From a virus (taxonomy: Duplodnaviria > Caudoviricetes), in IMG/VR virus record IMGVR_UViG_3300003375_000067, positions 1 through 37,794 of that record: a stretch of 37,794 bases of DNA; one strand, 5' to 3'. Shown here piece after piece: positions 34,768-37,794 of the stretch; position 1 is the first letter of the stretch; every line of letters starts with the position of its first letter. A program made the translations under genes and the position numbers. The notes under the pieces were generated by a model, which was not told the origin of the DNA, did not search any database, and worked only from the letters and a program-made list of their open reading frames with translations.

Positions 34768-36921
34768 ATGAAGGTCGACAACGCAACTAATACCGTGGTT
34801 GAGCGAGACGGACTTGCCAGTAACGGTGCGTTCTCAATCCAGTTCAATGCCAAGATGGCCAAGATCCTGTCGGATGGTCTTTACAGCGACAAGATCCAGA
34901 GCGTGATCCGCGAGCTCAGCTGCAACGCCGTTGATAGCCACGTTGAATCCGGTCAGGCCGATCGTCCCATTGAGGTTCATTTGCCCACCACATGGGAACC
35001 TTGGTTCCATGTGCGGGATTTTGGGGTAGGACTTGATCACGATCAGGTGATTGGTATCTACACCGTTTATGGTGCCAGCACCAAGACCAACAGCAATGAA
35101 TTCATCGGCCAGCTTGGTCTGGGCAGCAAGAGCCCATTCAGCTATGTGGATGCCTTTGACGTTACCGCACGCAAGAACGGCGTCGAACGCCAATACAGCA
35201 TGTACAAGGATGAAGACAGCATGCCCAGCGTGGCACTGCTTGGTGAATTTGCCACCACCGAGCCCAACGGCGTCACGGTCAAGATGCCGGTCAAGCAGGA
35301 AGACATCCGTTGGTTTAGCGAAAAGGCTGCGCTGGTGTTTTCGTGGTTTGATGTCAAACCCAGCATCACAGGGGTGAGCGGACTCAACATTCCCCAACAT
35401 AACACTGCATATGAAGGCAATGGGTGGAAGATCCGCCGGCGGAATCCAAATGGCTACAGCAGCGATCCCGTTAATCGTCCTGTGGCCATCATGGGCCGTG
35501 TGGCATACCCGCTGGATAGCAACAGCATTGCTGACCTTACCGTAGCACAGAAAACCATGCTGGAAATCCCTTCAATGTTGATTTTCAACATTGGCGATCT
35601 TGAGGTGGCTGCCAGCCGAGAGGGCCTCGGTTACGACAAGCGCACGCAGGAAAACATCCGCAAAAAGCTGGATACCATGCTGTCCGATCTGTCCGCGGAA
35701 TTTGAAAAGAAGATCGCTGCGGCATCAACCGAATGGGCTGCACGCCAGCTCTTTGGTGAGATCTTTGGTAACGAGGGCGGATTCCGCTATGAGTTTGAAA
35801 AGGCATTTAGCAACAAGGGCCTGATGTGGCGGGGCAAGCTGATCAAGGAAGCCCATGTTACGCTGAAAACCGTGGATCTTTGGGATGGTACTGCAAGTTC
35901 GCCGCAGATTTGGCGATCTTATGGATCATACAAAACCGTGCGTAAGATGAGCTACCACGAACCGCTGACCATCCGTTGCAGCGAAAATACCATGGTGGTT
36001 TTTGATGATCTTGAACGTGGAACCCAGGGACGTGTGAACTATCTACATGAGCAGCACGATAGGCGCAAGGAGATCATCTTGATCGGCGCCAGTCCGCTAA
36101 AGACTGTCAACGATATCCTGGCCATGCTGGGTAATCCTGCCCATCAAATGGCCAGCGAGCTGCCCAAGCGTCCCAGTGCCGGCCGCGGCGAGCGTGTAAA
36201 CATGCTGGCTTATCGCGGCGACAGCTACCGTGCTTCCAGAAGCTGGGAGCCAGCCGATGTTGAGCTCGACGACGGCGGCGTGTATGTGATGATGGATCGT
36301 TATACCGTCAAGGACGGTGACAATGAAGTCAACGACCTGGCCAGCATTCTCGGCCAGGCGCTGGAGTTGGGTATCATCGCCACGGATGATATCATCTATT
36401 CGCCACGTGCTAACATGCGCAAGAAGGTTGCAGAGCATGGCGATTGGATCAATCTGTTTGATCTGCTGCGTGAAGAGCTTTCTGCACGTCTCACTCCTGA
36501 GGTATTGCAGGTTGTTGCGGATATGAACGAATACCAAACGGCGGTGAGAGCCGCACGTGACAACAGCCTTTGGCAGTTCCAGCTGCGCATCCGTGACAAG
36601 GATGGCGTGTTTGCGCGGTTTGTCAATGCCATGCGTGAGCTTGAAGACATGAGCAAGAAGAATGCGTCCTTGCACACACTGGTGGCCCTGGCACAGCAAT
36701 TTGGCAACAAGGTTGACCTACCCACGGCAAGTGTTGATGCTAGTGGTTTGTATTCCATGGTAATGGCTAGCTATCCTATGTTTAACATGGCATTTAACCA
36801 GTGGAGCAATCGCAACATCAACTCGAACAATGCAAGGCCGTATGAGGACTACATCAACATGTGCGACGAATACAGCAAGATGAAGATGGAAAACGCGGTT
36901 GGGCAGCTGGTTGCTGCTTGA
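34768..36921 (+). CDS. rIIA: RIIA lysis inhibitor-like protein
   Basis: LS..LYSDK...IRELSCNA.D.H, RDFG.GL, STK..SN..IG.LGLGSKSPFSY, SREGL.YD. Confidence 0.93.
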   Translation: MKVDNATNTVVERDGLASNGAFSIQFNAKMAKILSDGLYSDKIQSVIRELSCNAVDSHVESGQADRPIEVHLPTTWEPWFHVRDFGVGLDHDQVIGIYTVYGASTKTNSNEFIGQLGLGSKSPFSYVDAFDVTARKNGVERQYSMYKDEDSMPSVALLGEFATTEPNGVTVKMPVKQEDIRWFSEKAALVFSWFDVKPSITGVSGLNIPQHNTAYEGNGWKIRRRNPNGYSSDPVNRPVAIMGRVAYPLDSNSIADLTVAQKTMLEIPSMLIFNIGDLEVAASREGLGYDKRTQENIRKKLDTMLSDLSAEFEKKIAAASTEWAARQLFGEIFGNEGGFRYEFEKAFSNKGLMWRGKLIKEAHVTLKTVDLWDGTASSPQIWRSYGSYKTVRKMSYHEPLTIRCSENTMVVFDDLERGTQGRVNYLHEQHDRRKEIILIGASPLKTVNDILAMLGNPAHQMASELPKRPSAGRGERVNMLAYRGDSYRASRSWEPADVELDDGGVYVMMDRYTVKDGDNEVNDLASILGQALELGIIATDDIIYSPRANMRKKVAEHGDWINLFDLLREELSARLTPEVLQVVADMNEYQTAVRAARDNSLWQFQLRIRDKDGVFARFVNAMRELEDMSKKNASLHTLVALAQQFGNKVDLPTASVDASGLYSMVMASYPMFNMAFNQWSNRNINSNNARPYEDYINMCDEYSKMKMENAVGQLVAA

Positions 36922-36945
36922 CACGCTTTGATAGTGTGCTATAAT
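36918..36945 (+). promoter_or_regulatory. sigma70-like promoter for rIIB
   Basis: TTGACA-N16-TATAAT with TGTGC. Confidence 0.7.
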
Positions 36946-36993
36946 CAATCTGTAAGTTAACCATTCACAACCGCTCAAGGAGAGCAAAAATAA

Positions 36994-37794
36994 ATGATTA
37001 CCGCGTCAATCGTTGGTCCAACCTTCATCACGGTGATGATGGATGGCACCACACATACCATCAACAGTGATCATGCGAATTACAACGACATCCGTGAAGC
37101 CCTTAAGACCAAGGATCACGATACCGTTGAGAAGCTGATCAATGTTGCGCAGAGCGTGATTAACTATGTGAGCGGTCGGGTTCGCATCGTTAATGAGCAG
37201 GTTTTCTACGGAGATCTTGAGGTCAAGGGCAGCATCGTGCAGCGGATCATCGCAATGATGCGTGAAGGCTTTGATGCACAGCCAATGATCAAGTTCCTTG
37301 AGAACCTGATGAGCAACCCCAGCAAGCGTGCGGTTGATGAGCTGTATGGCTTCCTTGAAGCGACGGCGCTGCCAATCACTGAGGACGGTTGCTTTCTTGC
37401 CTACAAGAAGGTGCGCGATGACTATCGGGACTTTTACACGGGCAAGATGGACAACAGCGTAGGCACCATCCTTGAAATGCCGCGCAACCAGGTTGACGAG
37501 GACAAGGACACCACCTGTTCATACGGTCTGCATTTTTGCAGCCTTTCCTATCTGCCACATTATCATGGCGGGCATGGACGGGTCATGATCGGCAAGATCA
37601 ACCCTGCCGATGTTGTTGCCATTCCGTCGGACTACAACAACGCCAAGGGACGTGCTGCTCGCTATGAGATCATCGGCGAGCATACCAGTGAGCACAATGA
37701 GGCATTTACCAGCCCCGTTTATCGTGGTGTTGAGCCGGTTGATCCCGACGAGCATGACGACGAGGACGAACACGACGATTGGCAAGACGGCTAC
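36994..37794 (+). CDS. rIIB: RIIB lysis inhibitor-like protein (3'-truncated by the window)
   Basis: AAGGAG SD; FLENL..NPS..AV.ELY.FL, LPITEDGCFLAYK.V, MPRN.VD, TCSYGLH, PADVV.IP.DY. Confidence 0.93.
   Translation, partial: MITASIVGPTFITVMMDGTTHTINSDHANYNDIREALKTKDHDTVEKLINVAQSVINYVSGRVRIVNEQVFYGDLEVKGSIVQRIIAMMREGFDAQPMIKFLENLMSNPSKRAVDELYGFLEATALPITEDGCFLAYKKVRDDYRDFYTGKMDNSVGTILEMPRNQVDEDKDTTCSYGLHFCSLSYLPHYHGGHGRVMIGKINPADVVAIPSDYNNAKGRAARYEIIGEHTSEHNEAFTSPVYRGVEPVDPDEHDDEDEHDDWQDGY

Noticed and set aside
1-37794. Genome-wide stop-codon reassignment (TGA=Trp or TAG=Gln)
   Set aside because: Well-defined genes end at TGA (ahpD, RNA ligase, rIIA, many ATGA overlaps) and at TAG, and coding density is high under code 11. 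Only the release factor has a convincing internal TGA.
1-37794. tRNA, rRNA or CRISPR arrays
   Set aside because: No cloverleaf with T-loop, rRNA-like tract or regularly spaced repeats were seen by eye; tRNAscan-SE was not run.

Overview
This window looks like part of a large T4-like/jumbo myophage genome. It has rIIA/rIIB at the right end, T4-type late promoters (TATAAATA/ATAAATA) and a family of sigma70-like TTGACA-N16-TAnnAT promoters. The indel pattern of the phage DnaK and an ahpC/ahpD pair point to a non-beta/gamma proteobacterial, probably alphaproteobacterial, host (inference). Contents from left to right: 13 short paralogous ORFs of a W[C/L]...FxLxW family in two tandem arrays, one fused to a major-capsid (Gol-like) segment; a CYTH protein; a radical SAM/cupin/GNAT/asparagine-synthetase-like cluster; dnaK behind a ROSE-like hairpin; a domain-1-less RF1-like release factor with an in-frame UGA at a Trp position; a ParB/DGQHR-like plus HNH pair; ahpC-HNH-ahpD; dCMP deaminase; an SGNH hydrolase; an intact IS200/IS605 element (tnpA+tnpB); an RNA ligase split in two by an antisense HNH gene; a NUDIX hydrolase; a Thg1 gene whose 5' end appears displaced and regenerated by an antisense GIY-YIG cassette; an Acb1-like 2H phosphoesterase; and rIIA/rIIB. 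All calls come from reading motifs by eye, and no searches were run.
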